A stretch of DNA of 64,000 nucleotides from Mobula hypostoma (GCF_963921235.1 NC_086097.1:220970001-221034000), one strand, 5' to 3'; shown: positions 12,740 to 24,759, numbered from the stretch's first letter. A program made the numbers and translations. The notes: generated by a model from the letters alone, not told the origin.

Positions 12740-15420
12740 CTGCTCTTGATAGGGTGACTGAGAGCATCTTTCACCCTTAACAACTTTCAATTCTCTCTCG
12801 CTGACCGCCTCATTTTTGCCATGGATATCCATGTACACTTCTATCGCCCATCCAGAAGGCCTTAAAACTCTCCGCTTCTTTCTCAGCTCAAGACCCAACC
12901 AGTTCCCCTCCTTCACCATCCTCCTCCACCTGGCAGAACTGGTCCTCACCCTCAACAATTTATCCTTCTGCTCTTCCCACTTTCTCCAACCTCAATGGGT
13001 AACCATGTGCCCCAGCTGTGCCTGTCTTTTTGTTGGCTGTATAGAACAATCCCTGTTCCAAGCCTTCCCTGGTAATGCTCTCGGTCTTCCTGCACTACAC
13101 TAATGATTGCATTGGTGCTGCTTCATGCACCCATGCTGAGCTTGTCAATTTAATCTATTCTGCCTTCAGCTTCCACCCTGCCGTTAAATTCACTCAGTCC
13201 ACATCTGCACTCACCCCATCTTCCCAGGACCTTAATAGTGATAGAGTTCCTCTTGTTCTCATCTACCACCCAATGAGTCTCCACAACTTCTGCCATCTTC
13301 AGCAGGATCCTACGACCAAAAAAAATCTTTATTTCCTTCATCCCCACCAGTCTCCACTTTCCACAGGGATTGCTCCTTCCATGATTGGCCTGTCCGTTCA
13401 TCCCTCCCCACTAATCTCACACCTGCCACATATCCCTGCAAATGACGGAAATGCTACACCTGCCCATTCACCTCTTCCCTTGCCATCATTCAGGGCCCCA
13501 GGCAGTCCTTCCAGGTGAGGTAACAGCGGGTAGCTACCCATCCTAATTCCTATCTTCAATCCTGTTCCGACATGCTCTTCCTCTTTTTCAATGACGAGGC
13601 CACTCTCAGGATGGAGGAGCAACACCATAAGACAGGAGCAGAATTAGGCAATTTTGCCCATTATATCTGCTCCACCATTCCATCATGCTGATTTATTATT
13701 CCTTTCAACCCCATTCTCCTGCCTTCTCCACATAATCTTTCATACCGTGACTAGTCAGGAACCTATCAACCTCTGCCATAAATACACTGAATGACCTGGC
13801 CTCCATAGCCACCTGTGACAATGAGTTCCACACCACAGATTCACCACTGTCTGGCTAAAGTAATTCCTCCTCATTTCCCTTCTAAAGGGACATCCCTCTA
13901 TTCTTAGGATCTGTGCTCTGGTCCCAGACACCCTCACTACAGGGAACTTCCTCTCCATATCCCCTCTATCTAGGCCTTTTAACATTCCATAGGTTTCAGT
14001 GAGATTCCCCTTTTTTCTTCTAAATTCCAGTGAGTATAGGCCCACAGCTATCAAATATTCCACATATGATAAGCATTTCATTCCCGGAGTTCTTCTCGAG
14101 ATCCTCCTCTCAACCCATTCCTATGTCAGCACATCCTTTTTTAGATAAGGGGGCCAAAGCTGCTCACAATACCCCAACTGAGGCCTCATCAGTGCCTTAT
14201 TAAGCATTATAACCTTGATTTTATATTTTAGTCATCTCAAAATGAACGCTAGCATTGCATTTACCTTTCTCATCACTGACTCAGCCTGCAAGTTAACCTT
14301 TAGCGAATCTTACATGAGGACTCCCAAATCCCTTTGCATTTTGGATGTTTGAAATTTCTCCATATTTAGATAATAGTCTAAGCTTTTATTCCTTCTATGG
14401 AAGTGCATGACCATACACTTCCTGATACTATTCCATCTGCCACTTCTTTGCCCATTCTCCTAATCTAAGTCATAGAAACACAGAAAACCTACAGCACAAT
14501 ACAGGCCCTTTGACCCACGATGCTTTGCTGAACATGTACTTACTTTAGAAATTACCTACAGTTACCCTCTATTTTCCTAATCTCCAGGATTCTTTTAAAA
14601 GACTCTATCGTATCTGCTGCCACCACCGTTGCCAACAGCCCATTCCATGCACTCACCACCCTCTGCGTTTAAAAAAAAATCTTACCCCTGATCTTACTCC
14701 TCTCTACCTACTTCCAAGCACTTTTATAGCTCCTCTAAACTTTCTCTACTTCCTCAAAATTACCTGCCTATCCACATGTCCTCATTGTCCATAAACTTGG
14801 TCAGAAATCCATCAATTCCATCCTTCAAGTTATTGACATATAATGTAAAAAGAAGCAGTCCCAACATCGACCTCTGTGGGACAGCCATAGTCACTGGCAA
14901 CAAACTAGAAAAGGCTCCCTTTATTCCCACTCTTTGCCTCCTGCAACTCTGCAAATCAGCCAATCCTCTCTTCATGCTAGCATCTTTCTTGTAATACCAT
15001 CAGCTCTTAACTTGTTAAGCAGCCTCATGTGCGGCACCTTGTATTCTGTGTAGAGAGCCTCTAATCTGATGGCATGAGCTTGGATTTCTCTTTCCAGTAA
15101 CTTTTCCCCCACCCTCTTTCCTCCACTTCTATTCCCCACTCAGGCCTCTTGCATCTTCTCCTCACCTGCCTCTCCCCCTGGTGCCCCCTTTATCCTATGG
15201 CCAACTCTTCCCTCCTCTCAGATTCCTTTTTCTCCACCTGGTTTCACCAATCACCATCTAGCTAGTCCTCCTTCCCTTCCCCCTCCTCTTTTTTATTCTG
15301 GCATCTTCCCCCTTCCTTTCCAGTCCTAAAGAAGAGACTTGGCTCAAAATGTTGATTGTTTATTTATTTCCATCGATGCTGCCTGACTTGCTGAGTTCCT
15401 GCAGCATTTTGTGCACATTG
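12740..15420 (+). mobile_element. Degraded Penelope-like element (RT, GIY-YIG remnant, pLTR), interrupted by CR1 at about 13629-15040
   Basis: (S)MYTSIAHPEGLKTLRFFL..LAELVLTLNN PLE RT. Resumes at about 15041. Ends with a degenerate hammerhead-type pLTR at about 15320-15415. Confidence 0.75.
13629..15040 (-). mobile_element. CR1 LINE 3' fragment with a nested short CR1 tail (about 14470-14722)
   Basis: Minus-strand GLYSLE, VVNLW and VPQRSMLG remnants plus CR1 3' UTR. Confidence 0.8.
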
Positions 15421-15911
15421 CTGTGCCCTCTCTTCCCTGGCTTCATTTTTCCCCACTGCCCCGAGTCCATTTCATATGCAGCAGTTTGGTTTTGAAAAAT
15501 AATATTATTTATCTATTTATCTTGGAACGTTAATGTTTACCTTTTAGAGATCAATGAGCTGGAATGAATACTTTTGTATGCTCCTCTGACACAATTTTTT
15601 TGGAAAAGTATTTTGGAACACAGTCTGACATCACATCTTCCACTATATCCGTAATTTTCTATTCGGGCCTCCGACGTCTGAAGCACAGAGGTATCAAATA
15701 GTGGGTGCAGAGCAGTTCCTTGTTGCAAGTGCTTTCATGCAGCTGTAGTCTTACTCAAGGTATGGGTCCTTTAGTTAAAGAGGAGCTGTTGAGACAGGGC
15801 TCTGTCCGTGGGTCTGATGTTGGAGCTGGAAGCATGGTCACACTTGTAGGCTGACCCCAACATATCCTCAGACTGCACTGGTTGTTGACACAAATGACCC
15901 TTTTCACTGAA

Positions 15912-16756
15912 TGTTGGCTAGTAAGAACTACAATCTACAAATTAGTGAACAGGAATGAGGCAAGCGCAGAAACAGAAAAAGCAACAGTCTTTGTTCTTGC
16001 CTTGTGGTGGCAGGAATGGAGGTGGCCATTTTGTGAGACTGTACTTGCAGCCACCATTTTGTGAACTTTTTTTTTTCTTTTTCTTTTTCCCGGATAACTT
16101 AATCACGGCAGTTGAAGATGGACACAGAGTTTCTGCTAACGATCTGCTAAGCCTGAGACTACTCTTAGATAAGAAGCTGTTTATTATGTAAAATGGCAGT
16201 TTTGCTGAAGGAACAGTCTATGATATGATCATCTGGGCCCAATGTTTGTTACACAAATTTGAACCTGTCTGAGATGGGGGAGAAAAACAAAAGGAAATCA
16301 CTTAAGACATGAGTCTAGATTAAAAGCCATAAAGGAATACAGCTTGTAGACCCGAGCTACATCCAATTATAATCTGACAGGCTAGTCAGATGACCTCAAG
16401 CCAACAGAATTGAAATTTTGTAGATTGATGGGATAAGGAAAATAATAAGGTGGGGAACTGTGGGACCAACATCTCTGGAGACCCACCATCAAAGATGGGA
16501 ATGACCCGATGTCAGACATATGGAGATCAGGTTGGGACCATGCCTGGTCAGCATCGACCTTTATTTTTCCCCCTGGGTATTACCTTTTCTATACTTTGAC
16601 TGTTCATGGAGGGCCAGGGAAACCTCCTGGATATGCACACAGTTAGTTCGCAAATTACTATGCTTGTTAATTCAGGCAATAAAGGTACTGGTCAATGAAT
16701 ACAGATTTTCTCTGTGCCTAACTGATCATTATTTTTGAGGGTTAATCCTTGTAAGT
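15912..16756 (+). mobile_element. Probable solo LTR related to 5619-6419
   Basis: Starts TGTTGGC. Shares blocks (gtctttgttcttgcc, gccattttgtga, agtcagatgacct, aaaggtact, ttgtaa) with 5619-6419. AATAAA at about 16678. Confidence 0.5.
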
Positions 16757-17059
16757 GTTTTTCTTTGAAACTTTGTGCATGTGACAATTATAGCTAAATC
16801 TTTATCTTAAAGCAGCTGATTGTTTCTGTAAACCACCACCCTGTTCCTCATCTGATTGTGGATCAGCATTTTTGACCTGACCTGACCATCAGTGTCCTTA
16901 ACGTCTTTCCCCTGACCACTTCCATGATATTCTGGACCTGTGACTTGCCGTTCTTCTTTCTTTGCCTTTTGGTATCGCACCACCCACTCAATATGCTCTT
17001 TCAGGTATGTACTGGAGAATTTCATGGTCATATATTTTATGCATGGATCAGCACGTGTT

Positions 17060-19385
17060 CCTTTGCTGATGGTACAACTCTGACTAAGGAGGTGAAACTC
17101 TGCATTTGCTGATGTGAGCCTTATACTGCTAAGGACAAAGGTTGTCTGTACATGAAAACCAGGTATGACTTGTGGAGGGCTATTTCAAGAGCTAAGAAAC
17201 AATTCCTTCAAAGGGAGGATAAAATTACAGTATGGGGATCCCTGCAGCACCCGGTGACCCTGCGATCTCTGTCTCGGAGGCTGACGTCAGACTGTCTTTC
17301 AAGAGGGTGAACCCTTGCAAGGTGACAAGTCCCAATGGAGTACATGCTAAGGCTCTGAAAACATGTCCCAGCCAGCTGGTGGTGGTTCAAAGGTGTTTTC
17401 ACTCTCTCATTGCTACGGTTAGAAGTTCCCACCTGCTTCAAAAAGGCAGCGATTATACCAGTAAGCAAGAAGAGCAGTGTGAGCTGCCTTAATGGCCATT
17501 GTCCAGTATCACTCACATCTATACTGATAAGGTGCTTTGAGAGGTTGGTTATGTCTATAATCAACTCCTGTCTCAGTTTGCCTATTGCCAAAATAGCAAT
17601 ACGGTCGACACGATCTCACTGACTCTCCACGCAGCCTTGGATCATCTGGACAATACAAATACCTATGTCAGAATGCTGTTTATTGACTACATTTCAGCAT
17701 TGAACACCATCATTCCTACAGTCCTGATCGAAAAGCTCCAGAACGTGGGCCTCTGTACCCCACCTCTGTAACTGGATCTTCGATTTCCTAACCAGAAGTT
17801 CAAAATGTGTATAGATTGAATATAACATCTCCACCTCACTTACAATCAACACTGGCACATCTCAGGGATGTGTGCTTAGAACACTGCTCTACTTCCTCTG
17901 TACCCATGACACACACAGCTCAAATGCCATCCATAAATCTATTGACAATACAACCCTTGTCGGAAGAATCTCAGATGGTGATGGGGGGTGGGGTGCACAT
18001 CAGATGGAGTTGAGAGGGCATACAGGAGCGAGATATACCAACTAGTTGAGTGGTGTCACAGCAAAAATGTTGCACTCAACATCAGTAAGACCAAAGAACT
18101 GATGGTGGACTAAAGAAAAAGTAGGATGAGGAATCACACACCAGTTTTCATAGAGGGAGCAGAAGAGGAGAGAGTGAGCAATTTCAAGTCCCTGGTTGTC
18201 AATATCTCTGAGGATCTAACCTGGTCCCATCATATTTATTAGATTATGAAGACACACAGTCCTCTTTTATTGTCATTTAGTAATGCATGCATTAAGAAAT
18301 GATACAATATTTCCTCCGGTGTGATGGACGGAAAAAAGTAAAAAAAAAAACACATAATTATAACATATAGTTACAACAGTGCAACAATACCATAACTTGA
18401 TGAAGAACAGTCCATGGCACAGTAAAAAAGTTCAAAGTTTCTCGAAAGTCCCACATCTCACGCAGACAGGAGAAGGAAGAAAACTCTCCCTGCCATGCCC
18501 GACCACAGTCCGACTCTGAGTCGTCCGAAAACTTCAAGCTCTGATCAGCTCTCCAACACCGAGTACCGAGCACCATCTTTATCGGAGTGATTCAACCTCA
18601 ATCTTGGTTGCCAAAGCAGGCAAAGCCGGGGATTTTGAGGCCTTCCCTCTGGAAGATGCACGATTATGCAGTAATGACAGCAGCGAATGGGCATTTCAGA
18701 AATTTCTCCGGATGTTCCTCTGTGCTTTCACGTCTGTCTCCATCAAATCAGAATTGTCCATGGCCCCTATTAAGCAGATACAATATCACTTTTCACTGGA
18801 GGGCTGCGCACGCGCGGCACACTGCACTCTCTCTTCCCGCCTGCAGCCATAATGGCAAGACAGTGGCCATATTTCAATAGGTGTCTGAGGAGATGTTGGT
18901 ATGTCACCAAATTTCTGTAGCTGTACCGTGGGGACCATTCTAACTGGTATTGGGGGGTTGGGGTGGTGCTGTGCCACAGGATTGAAGTAAACTGCAGAGA
19001 GGTGTAAAATTGGTCAGTGGCATTATGGGTACTAGCCTCCATAGTATCCGGGACATCTTCAAGGAGCAGTGCCTTAGTGTCCATCATTAAGGACCCCCAC
19101 CACCCACATGTCCTCTTCTCATTGCCATCTGGAGGGAAGTAAAGAAGCCTGAAGGCGCACACTCAACGATTCAGGAACAGTTTCTTTCCCTTTGCCATCT
19201 GATTTCTGAATGGACATTGAACCCACGACCACTACCTCACTAATTTCTTATTTCCTATTTTTTGCACAACTTATTTAATTTAACTAATATATACTTACTG
19301 TAATTCAGCTTTTTCTCTCTGTTATGTACTGCTGTATAAAGTTAACAAATTTTACAATACATACTGTGACATTAAATCTGATTCT
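17060..19385 (+). mobile_element. Degraded Rex1/Babar LINE (paralog about 59550-61285)
   Basis: VPTCFKKAAIIPVSKK...PVSLTS..CFERLV and LNVSKTKELMVD remnants. Confidence 0.8.
18240..18841 (-). mobile_element. Copy-A-specific insertion of about 600 bp (non-autonomous retroposon-like) inside the Rex element
   Basis: Absent from copy B, where catcatatctat|gcagccataatgg is contiguous at about 60720. Confidence 0.7.
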
Positions 19386-19683
19386 TCACTTGTGTTGTTA
19401 ACTAAATCCATAGTGGCAATGGTCTTACTCAACTTTGCTCATCAATTCCTAACTCACCTTGCTGCAATTCAACATCATCCTGACAATAATTTAATAGTAT
19501 ATTAAATGCTAGATGAAAGCATAGTGAGTGATGATATCACGCTATGAAACATTTTTGTATTTTCTCAGAATGTACAATGACAGAAGTTGTAGAGTGCGAA
19601 AGATTGCAGTTTATTAATAATTAGTATTGAAATTCTGAAAGATACTGAATTATATTTGACACTGTGTTCCTTTTCTTTTGCAG

Positions 19684-20420
19684 ATGTGTCTGTGATTTTG
19701 TCATGCATGAGCATTTCATGGGCTACTTTGGACTACTATGCAACACTAAAGAAATCTTTACCTGACCACCCAACACTAATTTGTGGATTCCCTTATTTAC
19801 TGTACTTCTTTTATAAGTTATTGACACTAAATGCAAGAATTTTGCTCATAACCCTTCTGACTATGATTGATATCAGATTTATGATTGTCTACTTGTTTGT
19901 TTCATGGCTGATCATGATCATCTGTGTCTGTGTGCAGAAGACCAAGTTTTGTTCATCCAAGATCCAGGAAGGCATTTACCGGGCAGTGGTTGCCATCATC
20001 TTAGTTTTCACCTTTTTCAATATAAAAGATAAGAATACGAGAATAATTATGTCCATCTATTATGCATTTAGATTTGTTGAAACTGTTGCAGTACTTGCCA
20101 TCTGCTGGTTTCTGGAATATCTTATATTTGTTGAAAGCTACAGTCTCGCTGTTAGTTTTACCATTGTGTTTTCACTAACTCTAGGGATCGTTTATCTTGT
20201 ACTGTACTACAGTTGTTGCCATCCAACTGATAGAGACTTCAATCATACTGACAATGCAGTACAATTACCCCTATCTTGTGATGAAATTGATGGATACTCA
20301 ACTGAAAAAAACTCAACAGTTATACTGAAGAATAAAAATGAAAATAGCATTATGATAAATTCAGCAGATACTAAATCTGGAAATATAAATTATAGAATAA
20401 AAAAATGTTTAAGTATTTAA
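19684..20420 (+). CDS. XKR9: XK-related protein 9, copy A, coding exon 3 (stop TAA)
   Basis: ttttcttttgcag acceptor; phase matches exon 2 (T|AT). Motifs ISWATLDY..LKKSLPD, YKLLTL, FTFFNIK and C-terminal CDEIDG caspase site as in XKR9. Spliced CDS is 305+188+737=1230 nt, 409 aa. Confidence 0.93.
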
Positions 20421-20560
20421 TTAAGAATAAACCAACACTGGAATGAACTTGACTTTCCTCTACAGATGGAGGTTGTTATATTTGGTGTTTTAAGAAAAAT
20501 ATTTTGCACATCATCATTTTTCCATTGGATTGGATTGTATTTATAATTTATAAATACAAT

Positions 20561-22066
20561 GTTGCAATCCTCACCAATGTTGCAATCCACAGTAGCCAGA
20601 CAAAGCCTACCATCCCAGTGCAATCCCTTGTTGAGGAGGTCAGGGTAGCCAAGGTAGGATGATTCTTGATGCTTCGAGACTCAAAAGACCCTGTCATGAA
20701 GAACACCCAGCCGGATGTGAGATCAGGCAGGAAGTGGTCAGCCCGTGTAGCAGTTGATGAGGCAGAGTCCAGATTGAAGCACAAGGAGACGGTTGGGGCT
20801 ATCCAGCTAGGCCTCCAGGGACTTGGATGGACAACCCACAAGTGGTGGTCATCTTCTACAGGTAAGGAGCGCCGTGAGCTTGTAACACAAGAAATATGAG
20901 AGGTAGAAGAGGAGAAGAGGTTAACTAAAACAGCTGGCCTGGCCAAACAAGGGGCTTGGACCAGGTGGGAAAGTGTTGAACAACGACACCTATCTTGGAA
21001 TGTTCTGTGGCAGATGGAACCGCTCCGCATTTCTTTTTTATGCAGAGCAGCGTACGATCTGCTCTCAACACCTGCCAACCTCAGCACCTGGTATGAAGAT
21101 AAGACAGACAGGTGTGCTGCTTGTGGCAAGAAGGGAACACTTCAACATATCTTGAGTTCATACAGAGTCAATCTTTCCAGCGGCATGTACACTTGGAGAC
21201 ATAACAACGTTCTCAAAGTTGTAACAGAAGCGGTAGAGCAGAGAGTACTGCAGCACAACTTATCTCATGCCCCATGCTGCACAGAACATCGCATACCATT
21301 TGTCAAAGAAGGCTCCAAGTCAAGGGTGTACAGCATAGGCTCACGATCAAGCATACTTTCTTCAGCCAATGATTGGTGCGTCAAGGCTGATCTGGACAGG
21401 AAAGGCAGTTTCCCGGAGCAAATAGCTTTCACCACATTGCGTCCAGATATAATCGTATGGTCTGACACCAGTAGAGAAGCAGTTATTGGTGAACTCACAG
21501 TCCCCTGGGAAGACAACATCGATGAAGCCCATGAGCGCAAGTTAACCAAGTATGGAGACTTAAGATCAGAGTGCAGAGACAGAGGGTGGAAGGTCTCATG
21601 CTATCCATTTGAAGTAGGCTGCCGTGGGTTTATTGCGTTCACTCTCCAGAAGTGGCTGCGTGACCTTGGCTTCACTAGAAGAGAGATCAAGTCAACCAGC
21701 GGGGCTGTAGCTGAAGCAGCAGAGAAAGGATCAGCATGGGTGTGGACCAAGTATGTCCAGAGGGGCAGATAGTCAGACAGTGTATACATGTCTTGCAAAC
21801 CCTTCAGTAGTTGCATAGACACCTGAAGAGTAGACTATCTGTTGGATGGAAGTGACCAACAACTCTGATAGAGGCAGATGTCAAGTTTTTAAGCTCACCA
21901 GTGGGAGGTGGTGCTTTAGCACTGCTGGCCCACCACCTCGAGGAGGTCTTGATCATAAGCGTGCCGAAACGAAGACAGGTGGAAGATCAACTGATGATCC
22001 CACTGGTGATAGCACAGGACAGTTAACATCTTAGTCCACGTGTATTTTGTAACTCTATATATATAT
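20561..22066 (+). mobile_element. HERO-clade non-LTR retrotransposon (restriction-like endonuclease), 5'-truncated, copy-A-specific
   Basis: GRKWSA, QGAWTRW, zinc knuckle CAAC...HILSS(Y), WRHN, LRPD, ELTVPWE, KLTKY and EVGCRG motifs (ORF 21014-21772). In-frame stops upstream. (TA)n at the 3' end. Absent in copy B at about 62445. Confidence 0.88.
21895..22009 (+). ncRNA. Candidate permuted hammerhead-like structured RNA in the HERO 3' UTR
   Basis: GUC at 21946-48, GAAA at 21966-69, CUGAUGA at 21991-97. TTGATC/GATCAA stem. 12-bp closing stem 21895-906/21998-22009. Confidence 0.6.
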
Positions 22067-22561
22067 TATAAAATCTATAGATAGAAATGAGCAAGTCCTT
22101 AAAATGAAGCTCTACCTGTCAATTTAGGCATATGTTAAAGATTCTATGGCATGGTTTACGAAATAACAGGGAGTTTTCTAGACACAAGGACTAAAGTAAC
22201 TCCTTGCTCAACCAAGGTAAACAACTGACGGTTGCTCATCTCATTTTGGGATCTTGTGTAGCATTTCTTTGCATAATAATCAAAGCATGGCGACAGGTAA
22301 CTGGAAAATGAAATGCTTTGCAATATGGTAATGTGCTAAATAAATGCAATTCAAAGAATGGTGGCAATCCATTTAATAGATTATAAATACTGATTCTGCT
22401 GTTAATAATTTTTGAATAGAGATCTTAAATATGCTTTGGAATTGATAAACTATAAATATAATTTTTAGTGGCCATGTAAAGTACAAACACAGGTAAAGGT
22501 GCAATTTTCCACTGTGGCTGCTTTGAATCTGTACAGAAAACCTATTGTTTTTTTTTAAGTA

Positions 22562-22715
22562 CAGGTCGACCTTCACTAATCCGACTACCTGTAATCCGGT
22601 TCCTTCGATAATCCGGCATTGATTACATTTAAAGTGATCCTTCTGTAATTCAGCATTTTCATTAATCCGGCACTGCTCAGGTCCCAATGGTGCCGGGTTA
22701 GTGAAGGTCAACCTG
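22562..22715. mobile_element. Tc1/mariner-pogo (Tigger-like) MITE, copy A
   Basis: TIR CAGGTCGACCTTCACTAATCCG / CGGGTTAGTGAAGGTCAACCTG, flanked by TA on both sides. Confidence 0.85.
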
Positions 22716-23240
22716 TATTCTGACTTTATTGTACAATGTTATTATCAGCACCACTGAAATAATAATTTATTTTAATAAATAAGGAAGTAAAACTTGAATA
22801 CTGCACATATTGCACATATGTTTGGTCTGAAGTTGAGATTTTAAAAAACTGGAAAATAAGTTGCCAAATGAAGAGTTAAATTTAGCAATTATAATACCAT
22901 GCAAACACAGAGTTCTCTCTCCAATCAGTCAGAAAGCTACTTAGTGGCTGGAATTTTGAATTGACTTACCAATTTTTCACCAGTCGTTTAATTAAGTATG
23001 AATAGAAATCAAATATATTTTGGGATTAGAATCACTTCTTTTAATTATTATCATCAGTAGGAGCCTCATATCTATTTTCTGGCTGTATTTTATTTTGTGT
23101 TGTGCATTTATTATGGGTAGTTTGTCACATGATTGAGGCATGATAGGTGTGAAGAGTATAGTTGTGTGTTCATGCTTTGTCTTCAGTGCAGTTTTTAGTC
23201 TAGGTTAGAACCAGAGGCAGTTAGAAAGATATAATTTATA

Positions 23241-23242
<2 letters not shown>

Positions 23243-23292
<50 letters not shown>

Positions 23293-23316
23293 TGTGTATG
23301 TGTGTATGTATATGTG
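23243..23316. repeat. (GT)n microsatellite
   Basis: Direct reading. A shorter paralog lies at about 63619-63673. Confidence 0.95.
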
Positions 23317-24759
23317 TAAAAACATTTAGTTACAATGAAATAGATGGATAAAATGATAAAATAGTGGTTGCTGTTGGCCTTGTCATTCTTGGTCAGGTCA
23401 TGCATTGGGAGGCGCTGTTGGAATAGAAACTCAATGCACTTTGTAGACACTTTGTGCACTTTAAGGACTATGGTTTGGATGTAGGTCGATGGGAGTTTAA
23501 ATGGTTCAGCATGGACTAGATGGGTTGAAGGGCCTATTTCTGTGCTGTAGCTTTCTGGCTCGATGACGGTGACAGTATGGACTAGAGTTGTGCACCAGTT
23601 GAAGAAGTATTGAATGTTTAGGTTGATGAAAAGAGTATCAATTAAATGGGCTGCTTTGTGTCAAGCTTTAGGAAAGTTGTTTTAGCTGTAGTACTTTAGG
23701 TAAGTGGTTAGAACTCTATCACTTTTGTAGAGGTTAGAGAGGCTTTGGGATGTCAGGAGGTGAATCAGTCTCTTCAGGATACCCAACCAGAAGTGTTGTC
23801 ATAGTTACACTACCTTGGGGCTGGTCATCTGTGACCCTCAGTGTGTTAATCTGGGGATTTGACAATGATAATAGCATCGAAAGCTCATGGAAGGTTCGTG
23901 TACTCTCATTGGAAAATGGATATTGTTTGGCATGGATGTTACCTGCTTATATGATGCTATGGTGACCGAATGTTGTTTAGGACTGCTGTGGACTGCATTG
24001 TTTGCTGAGGAGAGCATAAAGCATGGGAGCAGAATTAGGCCATTTGCCCCACCAAGTCTGCTCCATCATGGCTAATTTATTATCCCCCTCAACCTCATTC
24101 TCTTGCCTTCTCCCTTAAACCTTTGGCACCCTTATAATCAAGAACCCATCAACCTCTGCTTTAAATATGCCCAATGAGTTGGCCTCTACAGTGCTCGATA
24201 CTTGAATAGAAGGCTGAAGAATGTGGTGTGCATAATTGCTTGAGTTAGAATCAGGATGTTAATCTAAGTCACTCTGGGTTGTTGAAGGCATAAATCTGAG
24301 GTTACTAACTAACTGGGAGGAAAATATCAATGGAGTGTTGGATTTTTTGAATAAAACACAGGAGAGTCGTTTTATGTGCTCATCAGGGGTTTAAAATTAA
24401 AATATTACTTATCCAGAGGCCATTTTAAGTGTATGAAATATGGATTGCCTGTGTGTTCTTTAGAATCTACAGTTTTCCATGCTTTCCTCTGTGTGCCTAA
24501 TACACAGGGAGAAAGGTCTGACCTGCACGTGCTGTCCAGTGACAGGCAGTGCACGGGTGGTTGCCTTGTCCTTGATTTTTGTGTCGTGTATGTAGTCTGT
24601 GGATGGCAAGGTTCATCCAGGCAGAGGCAGGACTTTTAGGAGAGGCAACACTTAGGAGACCTGCTAGGTCATGACATAATGGAATATATCTGATGAAGTC
24701 TGAGACCACGGAGTCCTGCACTGAATCTTGGGTTAATTCCTTCTCATCAAATGTTTAAT

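Larger units (their letters stand above)
1..23650 (+). repeat. Segmental duplication unit A (XKR9 locus)
   Basis: Collinear high identity to about 41750-64000 across promoter, exons, introns, shared TE remnants and 3' flank. The last bases of the window match about 23600-23650. Confidence 0.92.

Noticed and set aside
19656..19683. ORF-track N-terminal extension (MTLCSFSFA) and read-throughs past donors at 1430, 8233, 45332 and 54312
   Set aside because: These are intronic polypyrimidine or donor sequence; splice phases fix the real boundaries.
20406..20420. C-terminal CLSI as a CaaX prenylation signal
   Set aside because: Ser at the a2 position is unfavourable, and I know of no prenylation of XKR proteins.
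21014..21772. 252-aa ORF as a standalone or domesticated nuclease gene
   Set aside because: It is the C-terminal part of a truncated HERO ORF with upstream in-frame stops, the last zinc-knuckle Cys appears mutated to Tyr, and it is absent from the paralogous locus.
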